Source: Selaginella moellendorffii (Eukaryota > Plantae > Lycopodiophyta). From it: a stretch of 64,000 nt of DNA. Under the pieces are notes generated by a model, which saw nothing but the letters and a program-made list of their open reading frames with translations, made no database searches and was not told the origin of the DNA. The stretch covers positions 1,158,481 through 1,222,480 of the forward strand of contig NW_003314281.1 of assembly GCF_000143415.4 (NCBI RefSeq). The letters are read 5' to 3'. The translations under genes were made by a program, and so were the position numbers. This document shows, one piece after another, positions 49,795 to 62,879 of this stretch; position 1 is the first letter of the stretch, and every line of letters begins with the position of its first letter.

Positions 49795-51129
49795 TCATCT
49801 TTTCTTGGAGCTGAGGTACAAGCATACTCCGACTGCTGTCAACGAGGCCGATGCTGCCAAAATCGGTAACCCGTAATCTGCTGATGCAAGCTCTCTCTTT
49901 CTCAACTTTCTTCTTGCAGCCTCAAGCTCCGTTCGAAGCTGCGAAGTGCTAGCCTCGCTCTGCTCCAAGGTGTCCGTCAGCTCGACTATTCTCTCCCTCA
50001 TTCGGGTAACTTCCTCTTTTGCATGCTTTGATGCCTCCGCAGACGTGGTACTAAGCCTTCTCACTTGAACTTCCAGGGCCTTTTTGTTATCTCCGACTGC
50101 AAAGAGCTGGGTCTCGAGCTTTGATATCTGGAGCTGTTTCTGCTTGAGCGCTTCGACCACCCTCCACACGGAGTTCCTCAGGGTGGCGTAATCCTTTTCA
50201 AGCGTAGTGCCACTTTTTTGAGCCTGACTTATCTGCCCGACAAAGAGAGGAAGTGCCGTGGCCGCGAACTCTGGATCACCACTGTTATCACCAGCGTCAT
50301 CGGCTGCCATGGTTCTCACGTCCTTGTTTAGCTTGGAGAGCATTTCAGCGAGCTGGAGCTCCTGAGTTTCCAGCTCCTGGCACTGCTTCTGAGTCGAGGC
50401 CAGGGCGGTCTCAAGCTTTCTATTGTGCTCCTTGACGACGTCGCCTTCTTCTCGCAACACGTCCAGCATGCTGGTGGCGTTTATGATCTCCTGCTTTGCT
50501 GCTGCCACGGCCTCCGTTAACCTTTGCAGCTCTTCCTCGACGATCTCCTTGGTGAACTCGGGATGGAAGTGCTCGTCCCCGGTAGCATGAACCTCGCTGG
50601 AAGTAAGTTGCTCTAACTCTCTGCTCAGGCCATCGATCTTACTAATCACATCTGCCATTGCATTTTCAGCGTCCTCGGCTCTCTGCAAAACACTCGACAA
50701 GTCCCGGTTATTCCGATCCTTCTCGACATGAAGCTGCTGCTTGAGCTGGTCCTGGACCTCAGAAGCCTTGATGCTCACTACCTGAAAGCGCCCACCGAGC
50801 TGCTGGATCTCCCGCTCCAGCGCCTCGTTCTTCAAGTCCATGGTATGCAACTCGTCCTCGAGCTCGTCGATCTTGACAACGTAGTAGTGCCTCTCGGCGT
50901 GCAGCATGGACATCTCCTGCATCAGCGACTCGTTGAGCTGCGAGAGATTCGACGCCTCATGGGTGGCGGTGAGCTTTGTAGTGTTCTTTTGCACAGATTT
51001 CCTTGGGGGGCTCTGATGGTTTTTCTTGCTGTCTAGCGCAGGAGAGCGCGGCGAGGACGACATATCTGACGAGATGTATCCTTCGTCGACATAGAAACTT
51101 CCCTGTTGGCGAACCATTGTGTCAGTCAT
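49795..51129 (-). CDS. Long coiled-coil protein with C-terminal TM anchor (possibly PMD1/2-like)
   Basis: Single-exon ORF, heptad-rich, ending LPILAASASLTAVGVCLYLSSKKR. The family call is tentative. Confidence 0.7.
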   Translation of the reverse strand: MTDTMVRQQGSFYVDEGYISSDMSSSPRSPALDSKKNHQSPPRKSVQKNTTKLTATHEASNLSQLNESLMQEMSMLHAERHYYVVKIDELEDELHTMDLKNEALEREIQQLGGRFQVVSIKASEVQDQLKQQLHVEKDRNNRDLSSVLQRAEDAENAMADVISKIDGLSRELEQLTSSEVHATGDEHFHPEFTKEIVEEELQRLTEAVAAAKQEIINATSMLDVLREEGDVVKEHNRKLETALASTQKQCQELETQELQLAEMLSKLNKDVRTMAADDAGDNSGDPEFAATALPLFVGQISQAQKSGTTLEKDYATLRNSVWRVVEALKQKQLQISKLETQLFAVGDNKKALEVQVRRLSTTSAEASKHAKEEVTRMRERIVELTDTLEQSEASTSQLRTELEAARRKLRKRELASADYGLPILAASASLTAVGVCLYLSSKKR

Positions 51130-51749
51130 CTTGGTAAGATCTCTCACTCTCTCTCTCTCGCTTCCCCTTTTTTTTCTACGACTTCCAGGCAGAGAGATTG
51201 ACGCAGTGACTCTGTGTTTCCTACAGGCTATCATCGAGAGTTCTTACCACCGAGATGAGTGCTTTGCGAGAGAGACAAGCCTCCGAGCAAAGCGAAGAGC
51301 CGGATCGAATGGAGGAATCCTTGGAGAGGCTGAGAGAACTAAAGGGGAAGAGGGGATTGATCGAGGAGACGAGGCAGCCACAGTCCGAGCAAGGCGAAGA
51401 AAGCGAGAGAAAAAATGGAGTCTTTTTGGAAGAGAACTCGCGGGGTGCCATGCCATGCCCACCCGTTCAATTGAATTCCACGTCATTACCGCGTGGGGTT
51501 GACGTGGAGATGACGCTACTGGCCACGTCGGCATGACTAGATGCTAAAAAAGGGAAAGATTCTACTATAAATTCGCAGCTAGGGCAAGCGATCTGGATGG
51601 ACGAAATTCTGGATCTGGAGCAGCGATCGCCGATCGCAAGGCGCCACAGCGTAAGGCTTTGCTCCTCTGGGATTCCCGCAGCTCGGATCTACGCGGCTCG
51701 GCGGAGGAGCTGATCGTTCGATCCATCCAGGGTTTCGATCGGCGCAGCG

Positions 51750-53243
51750 ATGGCGTCGAGGCAAGTAGCGGCCAAGTTCCGGGAGCTCCAGTCGCAGCCC
51801 GGGAACAAGACGTGCGTGGATTGCTCGCAGAAGAATCCACAGTGGGCGTCGGTGTCTTACGGCGTCTTCATGTGTCTCGAGTGCTCGGGCAAGCACAGGG
51901 GGCTGGGCGTCCACATCAGCTTCGTGAGATCCGTGTCCATGGATTCCTGGTCCGAGATCCAGCTCCGGAAGATGGAGGCCGGGGGCAACGACGCGCTCAA
52001 TCGCTTCCTGGCCGAGTATGGCATCCCCAAGGAGACCGAGATTGTGGCCAAGTATAACAGCCGGGCCGCGGAGGTCTACAGGGAGAAAATCCAGGCGCTG
52101 GCAGAGGGGAGATCGTGGAATGCTCCGCCAGTGGTGAAGGAAACTGTCAAGAGCTCTTCTTCCACCAATGGAGCTTCCAAGGGATGGGACGAGTGGGACG
52201 ATGGTGGTCGAGATGGTATGAGGAGAAACCAGAGCGCGGAGTCTTTCTCTGGCAAGGCTCCCGGTGGACCTCCTCGGTCGCGCTCCTCGGATGGATTGTA
52301 TAGCCAGGAGCAGCTCTCGGCGTCGGCGGCTGGGAAAGACGCGTTTTTTGCGAGGAGGCAAGCCGAGAATGCTTCTCGGCCCGAGGGATTGCCTCCTGCG
52401 CAGGGAGGGAAGTATGTGGGATTTGGATCCGGTGGAAATCGTCCGCCACCTCCACCGCCTGCGAATGACGTGCTCAAGGACACCATGTCTATTGTTTCTC
52501 AGGTAGAAAAAAGTTTGCTGTTATCTCGGCTAAGCTCGTGGATTTCCAGGGATTTAGCAAGCTATCAGTCGTAGCGTCTTCGGCAGCTCAGTCGGCTGCC
52601 GTGGCGGCGTCTACGGTCACCAAAGATCTTTCCAGTAAGGTATGTTGTGTTTGGAGATTTGTCTCTCTCACTCTCTCTCTTATACGATCGATGTGTTTTG
52701 ATTTTTTTGTAGGTGAAAGATGGAGGATACGACCAGAAAATGAACGAGACTGTGTCGGTGGTGAGTGCGAAGACCACCGAGATTGGGCATAAAACGTGGG
52801 GCCTGATGAAGGGAGTCATGGCTATGGCTTCCAAGACAGTGGAGAACTACACAAAAGAGGAGGCTGTTCGGCTGTACAACGTTGACGATCCTCACGCGAA
52901 CAAAGGCTACCAGAAGTTTAGCTCCTCGAGAAGCAACTGGGACGATTGGGACAACGAGAAAGCTGCCGCGAACAACAGTAATCCGGACGGGAACAAGAGC
53001 AGCGCTAAGAACAGCAACAGTAGCAAAGGGTGGGACGACTGGGATGATGATAACAATCGCAGGCACCACGATGAGCAGGCTAGCAAAGCAAATGGCTCGC
53101 AAAACTCTACCTTTCAATCGGTGGATCTTCACGAGTCGTGGACCGGCTGGGACGTCGACAAGGATGACGACGATGCGGTTTCGAGCAGGAGCAAGAACTC
53201 TGGGAAGTGGAACGATTTGGATTGGGACAGTGGATTCAAGTGA
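51750..53243 (+). CDS. ARF GTPase-activating protein (ArfGAP1/AGD6-7 type), 3 exons
   Basis: [37 protein letters not shown] zinc finger, GGKYVGFGS, repeated WDDW; introns ~52503-52549 and ~52640-52712. Confidence 0.93.
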
Positions 53244-53385
53244 CACACGACACGAATTCTTCGCGAATAAAACTCTTCGAGAGAAAACGAAGATCACCGA
53301 GGTGAAAAGAAGAATTTTTATGTACTCTGGATTGATTGCCGCGAAAGAAAATCTATGGCTACTATGTTACACGAAAGCTGGTTTT

Positions 53386-54832
53386 TCAGTGTGAGACCAC
53401 TGAGCTCTCGCTCGCTCCAGGTTGTGATAGTTTGAGCCGTCTTTTGGGTGAGACAGTCGCGTTGTTACACGTAACTTCGCTCGTATCTTCCGTGCGATCT
53501 TCCTCGTGATCCAGTGGCCTTTTCGTCTTTGGCACTGCGAGGCCTGGATTCGCCGCCGCCTCGGCAACGACTTCGTCGCCTTTGGAAGAACAAGTGGCCT
53601 CTGGTTCTCCCTTGTCCTCGCTTTGAATGCTCTTGGCTTGTGTGTGTTTGAGCTTGAGCTCGCCGTCGTGCATTAGCTGGAGGCGAGCTTCGATCTGGAG
53701 CTGGAGCTGGCGTTGGATCTGTGAGGAAAACACACGCAAGATCAAGCATGTGAAATCCATCCAGGAAAATAAAAGGAAGAGCAATAAAAACCTCTATGGT
53801 TTCGTGAAGTCGCCGCTGGACTTCCATTTGCAGTCGGAGGTTTTCCGTCACCCTGCGATACCCGAAGTTGTGATTCTCCAAGAAAACTGAGCGAGCGAGA
53901 CACAGAGAGAGAGAGAGTAGAAGATCACTTACGCTGTGGTTTCGGCCAACTTGTTCAATGTGAGCTTCTTCTTCTCGGGCTTGGGAGCTGTGACACCAAA
54001 GAGATGATATAAAACACGGAATGGGGAATGGAAACAAGCTCACCTCCTTCGGGGGCCTCAGGGATTTGCTTGTTAAGTCGATACTTCTGTAGGTAAGAAA
54101 ACAACGCTTAATCGTCACACTCTATGCTGCATTGCTACTTTCACCTGGAGATGGCTCTTGACGTGGTAAATGGTGATCTCCGGCACCGCCATGACGCTAA
54201 GAACCGACTTTGGGGTAGCAGCTGCAAGAGCGATCGATCGATCAAATCCAAAAAAAAACGAGCAAGAACATCCAAAAAACTTGCAGAACTCTGCTTACTT
54301 TCGGGGCCGCCGAGGAGAGCCACAGCCTCCACGAATCGCTGGTGAAGCTCCGGCGTCCACCGCAAGCGCTGCTTGAGATTCGGAGAGATTCCACTCCCAC
54401 CCGAGCTGCTGCTATTGCTGGGAGTAGCGCTCCCGGAATTGTCCCGGACTTGCACAAACTGTGGCACCACCACCCCTTTCTTGCTCTACCAGACCAAAAT
54501 AACCAACAATTATCTCCTCAATTCTTGGAAGAACACAACAAGAAACTCACGGATGATTCCTCGCCATCGCCGCCGCCGTCGCTGGGATTGAGCAGGCTGG
54601 TCCATCCCTCCTGCGCCCACTCCACCTCGTTCTTCATCAACCCGTTCCCACCGCCTCCCTGCTCTTGCGGCGAGCAAAGCATCATCTCCAGCGCCGCGCT
54701 AAACTCGGCATCGTCCATCCTGCCGCTGCCCTGATCCTGGCAGGCACCCAACGGCGCCACCGCCGCCGCCGCCGCCGCCGCATTGCCGTGGTCAGGCGAG
54801 CTGGGCCGCGAGGATCCATGGATCAATAGCAT
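53386..54832 (-). CDS. MYB-CC (PHR1/PHL-like GARP) transcription factor, multi-exon
   Basis: KQRLRWTPELHQRFVEAV, ATPK, HVKSHLQKYR, LRLQMEVQRRLHETIE/IQRQLQLQIE. Confidence 0.9.
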
Positions 54833-55885
54833 CTGTGCCGGCGCGCCCTCTCGCCCATATAAGGCGAGGCGCCAAATTCTTTGCCCTGGATCAAAAGCTC
54901 ACTCCTTCCTCACTGATGATTTTTTTCTCCTTTTCTCTTTTTTTTTTGGCGATAAAAAGTGTCAGGGAATCTCAAGGAATGTGACACAGCGTCGTGTTTT
55001 CTAGCGAGAAAATGGCCCCCAAATTCTTTTAATTGTTTTTTCTCTAATATCTTCTCTGAATGCTTTCTCGGCAACTTGGCGCGACACAAAGTACCAATGC
55101 GTGTGTCAATGCAATCACTTCCGTATGAATCGTTGCTATCATCAAGAATTATAAGCTTGCGCGCGTCGACAAAACAGCCACGGAAGCAGTTTTAATCTTT
55201 GGCCCGCGATATTTTACTTCTGTGTGCTTTTGTTATCACGACAATAACATATTGTCACACACTGTCCATCTGGTATTACAGCACTTTCTTGCACGCTTCC
55301 AACTCGTCAAGCTTATGATGTGTTTCCATCCTCAAAGACATTAAATTTTTACAAATCCTTGATGAAAGACAAGGAGAAAAATACCGTATCACCTTTGCGT
55401 TCCTTCCTGCAGTTGAATATGTTGGGTTAGAATCGGAAAAAGAAACATGAAAAGAAAACATCCGGCTCATGGCATCAGCGATCAAAGAGAAACTTCAGGA
55501 GAATTTCAGTTGAATCATCGAAATATAGACATCAGTTGCCAAAGCACGACGGAAAACGAAACATTATAGCAAGAAAAAGGTGGCATCAGCAAACCATATA
55601 GTATAGCTTCACAGTGATGTCAGCTGAATCATCGAAATCTTACCATCACTTGCCACAGACCAAAAAAGCACAGAAACAAAAAAATCCTACAGTGCCACAA
55701 ACAACAACGAGAGAAGGACGAAAGCTTACAGTCAAGAACGCTCACGCAGAAGAAACAAAGAAACAATCCTCTGGAAAAATCAAGACAAGCGAGAAAGAAA
55801 GTAAGCAACCAAAGAACAACTGAAGAAGATCAAAAGAACGAACCAGGTTAGAGAGCGAGGACGAGGAAAAGATCAAACTTTCCCA

Positions 55886-56353
55886 TCACTTGTCTACTTC
55901 GTGCTTCACTGCTACTCCCATGGATCTGGCAGTCCCCATGATCGACCGGCAAATCCCCTCCAGCGGCTTGTCCTTGCAGTTGGCATCCGTCTTCTTGATC
56001 TTGGCGATCTCGTAGATGTGCTTGTAGGTGACAGTCCCCACCGATTCGTGCCCCGGCTTGTGAGCCCCAATCTCCAGCCCCGCGGCCTTCTTCAAGAAGT
56101 AGCTCGTCTTGGGCGACTTGAGCACGAAATCAAACGTACTATCCTTGTACGCGGTGATGAGCACCGACATGGGGACGTCGGCCCGGATGTGCTGCGTCCG
56201 CGCATTGAAATCCTTGCAAAACGCCATGATGTTCAGCCGATGCTGCCCCAGCGCCGGCCCGACGGGAGGCCCCGGCTTCGCCTGCCCCGCATTCACTGTC
56301 AGCCGGATGTGCGCCGCGAATTCCTTGGCGGCGGCCTTCGCCGCCTTCGCCAT
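55886..56353 (-). CDS. RPL11: Mitochondrial ribosomal protein L11 (uL11m)
   Basis: IRLTVNAGQAKPGPPVGPALGQ, FCKDFNART, IYEIAKIK, GTARSMG; single coding exon. Confidence 0.93.
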   Translation of the reverse strand: MAKAAKAAAKEFAAHIRLTVNAGQAKPGPPVGPALGQHRLNIMAFCKDFNARTQHIRADVPMSVLITAYKDSTFDFVLKSPKTSYFLKKAAGLEIGAHKPGHESVGTVTYKHIYEIAKIKKTDANCKDKPLEGICRSIMGTARSMGVAVKHEVDK

Positions 56354-56363
56354 AGCTGCCAAG

Positions 56364-56404
56364 AACCCTAAACCTATAAACCCTATGCCCGAATTAAACC
56401 CTAG
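56364..56404. promoter_or_regulatory. Telo-box cluster (AAACCCTA-like)
   Basis: aaccctaaa, aaaccctat and aaaccctag directly upstream of RPL11; typical of plant translation-machinery promoters. Confidence 0.6.
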
Positions 56405-56566
56405 GATTTAACTCCAATGCTTTATTTTGACCGTATAATTCCGTACTTGCTTGAATATTATTGTCGTACGCTTGACCGTACGATTATAGAAAACTTTTAT
56501 GCGAGGGACTGGATTCTCTTGTCCAGCTCCTCCACTTCCTTTCGTATTCTGTCTAGATAGTGAGGA

Positions 56567-59500
56567 TCAGTGGCCAGTTTTGCCTGGAGCTTCGCGTGGT
56601 CGTCCATGAGGCGCTTGTAAGTTTTGTCCGCGTCCTGGATCGATCAAGCACGGCTGATTCATTCGAGGACAGAAAAGGAAAGGAGAAAGAATGCGACGAA
56701 CCTTTCTAGCGGCTTTGGACAGCTCCTTCCCCTCCGCGTTGTGTGTGGGAATTCCTTGCGTGTCAAACTGGCTGTATTTCTCGCTGAGCTTCCTAAAGTA
56801 CTCGGATGGATCTCGAGCTGCATCCAGCTTTTCCAGTTCTTTCACCTGTGTAAGGTTGGGTCAGAACAAAAAACACAAAGGAAAACTAGCAACCTTCTGT
56901 TCTTTCTTTGTCTGACACTTCTTTCTTTCTGCGTCTGTTGAGGCCTTGAGTTTTGCCTCCCTCTCTCTTTTTAGTACTTCGGCATCCTTAAGCTCCCATG
57001 AGAAACCTCCATCTTTATCCATCAGGCTCACACCTAGATCGACAAGGACACGGTCCCGAAGATCGTCAGAGAGCTCCATGATTCTTTCCTGTCATTCGCC
57101 ATAAAGCTTTAGCCACCAATGTAGAAAATTAAAAACTTACATTGGCCTTCCCAGCGTCACGGACATCTGCCCTGTATTGGCACAGCGTGTCGATCAACTG
57201 ATCAAGGGTAGGCCCATTTTTCTCTCCTAAAGACGCTTGAGCTTGTGATGCGAAGGCATCAGATTCATATAAACCTGGACATGATGTGAATAAAGTTAGA
57301 AAATTCTTAGACAGTTAAGAGTCAGCTCACCAAAAACTTGTAACGTTTTCTTGATATAGCTCGCCACCTTCTTCAGCAGTACAGGACTCGGGCTGCTGGA
57401 ATCGAATTTCTAAGAGTACCAAAACACACGTCAATCTCTACTGGTAGCTTTTACTTACGGACTGATTCAAGTAGGAGTGGACTCCACCGACGAGGTCGGA
57501 GAGACTTTTAAGAGCCCTGGCCGTGTTGAAATTGTCTTCTAAATGGCTTCTGACCTGTGCACTGTAAATTAGAGGAAAGAGGGAAGTCTTTTATCCAAGA
57601 GCTTACTTCCAGTTCAGTTTCGCGCCGCAATGTTTCTAGTGTTTTTTCGTTGTCTCCAAAATTTCCTGGTAGCATCTCATCGGTCTGCACATATGAATTG
57701 TAATGCGATTACACTTAGATGCCAACATGAATTTACCTCCTTGACGATATCTCTGACTTCTCTGAACAAGTTGTCAAACTGTTTCTCCTTTTGTGCAGCT
57801 TCACTCATCGCTGACGCACTGAAATCCATCGGCTAAGAAAGAAGAGTCTCAGTAATAAACTTGTATATGAAAAAACTACCTTATCCCACTGATGGAGAAG
57901 GAAAAGAAGTCGAAGCTGACTAGAAGAATAATGTAGTTCTTCCAGTGCCTGCACCATGTTATTAATAAAAATTAGAAAGACAAGACATAAAGCCTCACCT
58001 GTCTGATCGTAGTGAAATTCTTCAAAGACTTGGACATTTTTAGTCCGTTCACTGAGAGGTGACCGCTGTGAAAGAAGTAATTCACCCACTGCACAAGTAA
58101 AGACAATGAAAATCCTATACCTTTACCACGAGACGCGTACCTGTGAGCAACTATGGTAAGCTTCAGCCTGAGCTAGTTCATTGTCATGGTGCGGAAATTT
58201 CAAATCACTGAGAGATAAAAATGCGTGAGCTTACAAGTCTCAAGCCTCTGGAATGAATACTTACGCTCCACCTGAGTGGATATCAATGATCTCCCCAATA
58301 ACGTCACTGGCCATAGCCGAGCACTCGATGTGCCAACCAGGACGGCCAGGTCCCCATGGAGAATCCCAGAAAGGCTCCCCAACTTTGCTTTCCTGCAAAC
58401 AAATTTGTCACGACGTGCTATAAACTCGTAGCGTACCTTCCATAACGCGAAGTCGTTATTGTTTTTCTTGTTTCTGGTTTTGAAGTTCGTTTCACTCTCA
58501 GAAGCCAGACCAACACATCCTACAGCTGCCGGATTAAGCTTTCCATAAGTGTGCTTTGTGTTACTGAGAAAAGGCATGTTAGAAACCGCACAAGAAAAGT
58601 TAAGAAGCTTACAATGCTTCAGTATCGAAGTATACGCTGCCATCGACTTCATAAGCATATCCATTTGCGATGATAGTTTCGACATATTTTACAATCTTCG
58701 AAATGTAGCTGCAGTTGAAAAGGTTTTACCAAAAAGAAAATTAGAAGAGAGAAAAATTTGACAACTTACTCCGTGACTCTGGTGATAACATCTGGCGGTT
58801 TAACCCCAAGACTCTTCATGTCCTCAAAGAATTCTTTCTCGTATCTGTACATCCCAACTTTCAGAACCTCTCCCACCTCAACTGCATGTACCTTGATGCA
58901 TGAGCCCGATATATCCCATGATCTGTAACAGTGTGACCGAGATCATCGTCTAATTTCGAAGCCAAAAAGTCGTCAGCATTGTCGCCAAGCAAGTGACTGA
59001 TGCCATCGATTCCCATTAAGCCATCTTTGTCTCGTTTAAGTTTGAAAGCCTCTTCAGCCTGTCGAACCTTATCAAGCTTAAGCTCCTCCTGCTTTACTTT
59101 CTGCCCAACACAAACAGAAGCTAGTCGGAAAAATAACACATCCGAATCACTGTACCTCTTCAAGTTCTTTCTTCTGCGACGCCTTCGCCTTTGCAAACTC
59201 ATCCTTTGCACTTGCTAGACTCTTCCCCTGTTTTTCATTCTCCGTATCAAACGCCTTTGTAAGGTCTCGTATAACCTGAAAGCTCCGCGGTAAGCAACAC
59301 AAACTAGACAAGAAAACGCAGTACCTCTGAGGGATCTTTAACTCTCTCCAAGTACATTTTCAGTAGATGGTCCCGACGAGCTCGCTTGATGATCTTATCA
59401 TCCACATCAGTAACGTTCATCACATAGAAAACATCGTAGCCAAAAAAATCCTGGCCGGAGAAATGAGAGTAAACCAGCTGGTGGCAAGCTCAAAGAAAGA

Positions 59501-59868
59501 AATATACCTCGAGAATTCTCCTCAAAATATCAAATGTCACATAGTTCCTGGCGTGGCCGATATGGGAAGAATCATAGACAGTCGGTCCACATATATACCA
59601 AGTCACTGGAAGTAGCAATGCTGGAGAAATCGAGGAAAGCAAAGGAAAAATCCTCACCTCGTTTGGATCCATCGCTCGTCGCGAACGGCACCTTGTGGCC
59701 GCACAGCGTGTTGTTGACGATCAATCCCTGAGGAGGAGGAGCTGGAGGCGATGGCGGGATCCATCCTCCTTTGGCGCCATTGGCGCTCTGCGCAGCCATA
59801 GCCGTAGCGTCAAACCCTAATTTCCTCACGGCCAAACGCCGGAAGGAAGAAAGGCCAAAATTTCTCAT
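56567..59868 (-). CDS. CARS: Cysteine-tRNA ligase, eukaryotic cytosolic type, many short introns
   Basis: [64 protein letters not shown]-terminal YSQFD..GIPTH..EGKELSK. Start is either 59868 or 59799. Confidence 0.92.
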
Positions 59869-60102
59869 GGGGTAGGCAGCGCTGCCTCGATTCGATCCAA
59901 ATCGCCATAATTTGAAGGTTTCGATGGAAGCAAGCATTCTAAGTGGAAGATCCGAGAGTAAGACTGGATCATCGTGCGGCAACGATAAACCCTAGCTCCG
60001 AGAGCCCTAATTTGATAAACGGGATATTAGGGCTTTGGGAAAAAGGTGAGGTGGCCTATATAGGTGAGGGGGTTGGGGTAAGGTTTTTCCAGTCCAAGGC
60101 AA

Positions 60103-60354
60103 ATGGAGAGGAAGAGCGCTCCAACTTTTGATGTTGTTGAGCCTCCGCCGGGGCTCAGGATCAAATGCCCGCGCGATCCCTCGCTTTTTGATCCGGATGC
60201 GTTGATAGATCGATGTGAGGATGCTTTGGATGAGATATCTGAGATTCTCGAAATACTATTCAAGAATTTGGAGTTTCGAGATAGAGGGCTCAAGCGTTGT
60301 TCTAGAGGAAAACAACAAACGAAACCTTTTTGTTTGAAGGGTGATAAAAAATAA
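60103..60354 (+). CDS. Possible small orphan protein (83 aa)
   Basis: Good ATG context (gcaaATGg), TATA-like CTATATA at ~60056, acidic amphipathic helix; no recognised family. Confidence 0.3.
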   Translation: MERKSAPTFDVVEPPPGLRIKCPRDPSLFDPDALIDRCEDALDEISEILEILFKNLEFRDRGLKRCSRGKQQTKPFCLKGDKK

Positions 60355-60371
60355 TATAACCATGGCTTTCT

Positions 60372-62329
60372 TTACATTGTGTTGCTTTGAACGTAGCGTT
60401 CTTCCTTTCCGCCTCTCACGCTCTGGACAAGAGCGCACACCTTCCTCTCAAAATCGCTCAAAAAGTTTGGTTCTTGGCCAATTCCATACTTCGATCGATC
60501 GACCGCTTCTCTGAAGTTGTCGAGATTGACAGCAGATTGTCCTGGATCAACCAGTGTCACAAAAAAAGTTGGAAAGGATCAAAAGAAAAGGATCAGTGAT
60601 TTTCTCGTTACCTCGTCGAGCGGCCAAGAGCGCTGCTTCGTTCACCACGTTTGCCAAGTCGGCACCAACAAAGCCCGGCGTGATGCTCGCTACAAATCTC
60701 TGGAGCTCTTCCGGATCGCCTTCTACACGAACGCCCCTCATATGAACAGCGAGAACTTGTCTCCGGCCATCCAAGTCGGGCTCCCTCACGAAAACTTTCC
60801 TGGAGAATCGCCCCGCTCGACACAGCGCTGGATCCAGCGCGTCGGCTCGGTTTGTAGCTGCGAGGACGAGCACTCCAGTCCCGGATTCGAAGCCATCCAT
60901 CTCAGTCAGGAGCTGCGAACAAAGGACGACGAGCTCGCTCACTCAAGAGAGAAAAGAAGAACTTAGAAGATTTTTGTTCTACCTGGTTGAGAGTTTGGTC
61001 CCGCTCATCGTTGAAACCACGTCCTCTTTGTCCTCCGACAGCATCGAGCTCATCAATGAAGATCACCGACGGTGCGTGCTTCCGAGCCACGGTGAAAAGC
61101 TCTCGTATGCGCGCTGCTCCTCGTCCCACGAACATCTCCACAAACTCGCTCGCCGAGGCCGCAAAGAATGGAACTCCGGCCTCTCCCGCGAGTGCCCGAG
61201 CGAGAAGCGTCTTCCCAGTTCCTGGAGGCCCGATAAGCAACACTCCTTTTGGAAACTTGGCACCTAAGCTCCGGAAGTTCAAGGCTCCTCTCAAACAAGA
61301 CACTATCTGGAAGAAAAGAAAAACCATGAGAGGAAGACGAAGTTTCTTTCGCAAACTTACCTCGAGAAGCTCGTCTTTCGCAGTGTCAACTCCAGCAACA
61401 TCCTCAAACTTGACGCTCTGGATGTTCTTCCTTCGTTTCTTGGACATGTCGGCCTTGCCAGTGATCTGCCGGTGCATCAACCACATCAGTGGAGTGAGCG
61501 GGATCCACAAAGTGAGGAGAGTGCCGATGACCGAGGCAGCAACCGAGCTGAATGATCGAGGAGCCGAGCTATACTCAACGTTGCCAGCTCCATTTCTCAG
61601 CAATCCCAGCAAGTAGCTCTCGTCGTGCCGGATCTTCCTCGTACAAAACTGCCAAGTTTTCTCTCCTGTGCCTTTGCCTCTGCCAGAAGAAGAAGAAGCA
61701 CTCTTCACGCTCGAAGTAGCCATGGAGTTTGCTTCTTCTTCTCCGGATCCCACTTTCTCGGCAACGATGTTGAAAAAGATTTGAGATGAGCCCTCCTCGA
61801 ACAAAACGCTCTGGACACGCTGAGCTTCCAGTGATTGAATGAGAGTCGAGTAAGAAACGCTGGTTGGAGCAGTAGCAGCCGAGAGCTGGACCAAAAAACT
61901 CCCGGCCGTGAAGAGGCATGCTACAAATCCTCCGCCCAAAATCCCCCTCCAGTTCTTCCTCAAAGCTCTCGAGAATCTCGCAGCCGAGAACCACAAAAAG
62001 ATCTTAACCGACCTCCGCCATAGCCGCATTCTAACTCGTAGAACTCGAAGCCATGGCTTTCTTGTTGCCTGGATTTCTCTCTTCCCGTCATTGCTGTTGC
62101 TGCTGCTACTGTTCCTGCCGATTACCGCTAGAGGTCTTCTTCCAAAGTTGTGCTCGCTTTGATACGAAGAACACCTCAAGCTTAACCGGCATCTCTTGTC
62201 GTCTCCACCGCCGCTAGCCCTACTACCGCGAGGCCATAGCCGCGCTCTATGGAAACTATCCGAGCTCGAGGTAGTGAAAAGTGTACCTGTGGTGGAGACC
62301 TTGTGGAATCCATAGCACGCAGCATTCAT
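60372..62329 (-). CDS. FTSHI3: FtsH-like AAA protein lacking the M41 protease domain (FtsHi3-like), chloroplast-type N-terminus
   Basis: Two TM segments, [61 protein letters not shown]; ends soon after VDRSKYGI with no HEXXH. 3' end uncertain. Confidence 0.82.
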
Positions 62330-62879
62330 TCCGGCTCTCGCTACCTAGAAGGTAGGGCATTTGGTAAGATAAAACTCTTTCACAGGAATAAGAGTTGCTT
62401 AATAGTGGTCAAACAGCCACTTGCCGGTTCGCGGTCAAAGGATGAAATCAAAGACGAGTGACTAGTGACGAGTGACCATGTAACTCCAATGTTAATGGAT
62501 ACGGGGCCGCGCCAGCCATAGCAGGTGTCAAAAGCTTGGGTCGATCTGGTGGCCACAATGGGGGATGGCAAAACAAGATGAGCTTCACTTCAGCAGGGTA
62601 ATTTAAATTCTTTTGACAGATCCTGAGCTCTGGCATTAGCCAGATTGCAGAAAACTTGCTGCAAGCCCAAACTGCTCCAACTCCTTGTGAGAATGTTCTT
62701 AAAATTCTGAGTTCTTAGCATTTTTATGTCCAACTGCGAGATGAAGATCTGTTGTAAATCCTTCCTGAGCAAATGCTAACAAAACTTATGGACGGAGGCT
62801 TTTGCCAGCATAGTTATGATTGCAAGATATTACAAAGCTTTGAAGTTGACTTATGTCTAATTGATTAAACTTACAAAAT

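Noticed and set aside
51579-52486. Long antisense ORFs over ArfGAP (similar shadows over RLK-A, RPL11 and FTSHI3)
   Set aside because: Shadow frames of GC-rich coding sequence with no recognisable motifs.
55500-55860. Lys-rich ORF 55614-55823 and a short duplicated CAG.TGAATCATCGAAAT motif
   Set aside because: Most simply the antisense of a T/C-rich RPL11 3' UTR or intron; no coding evidence.
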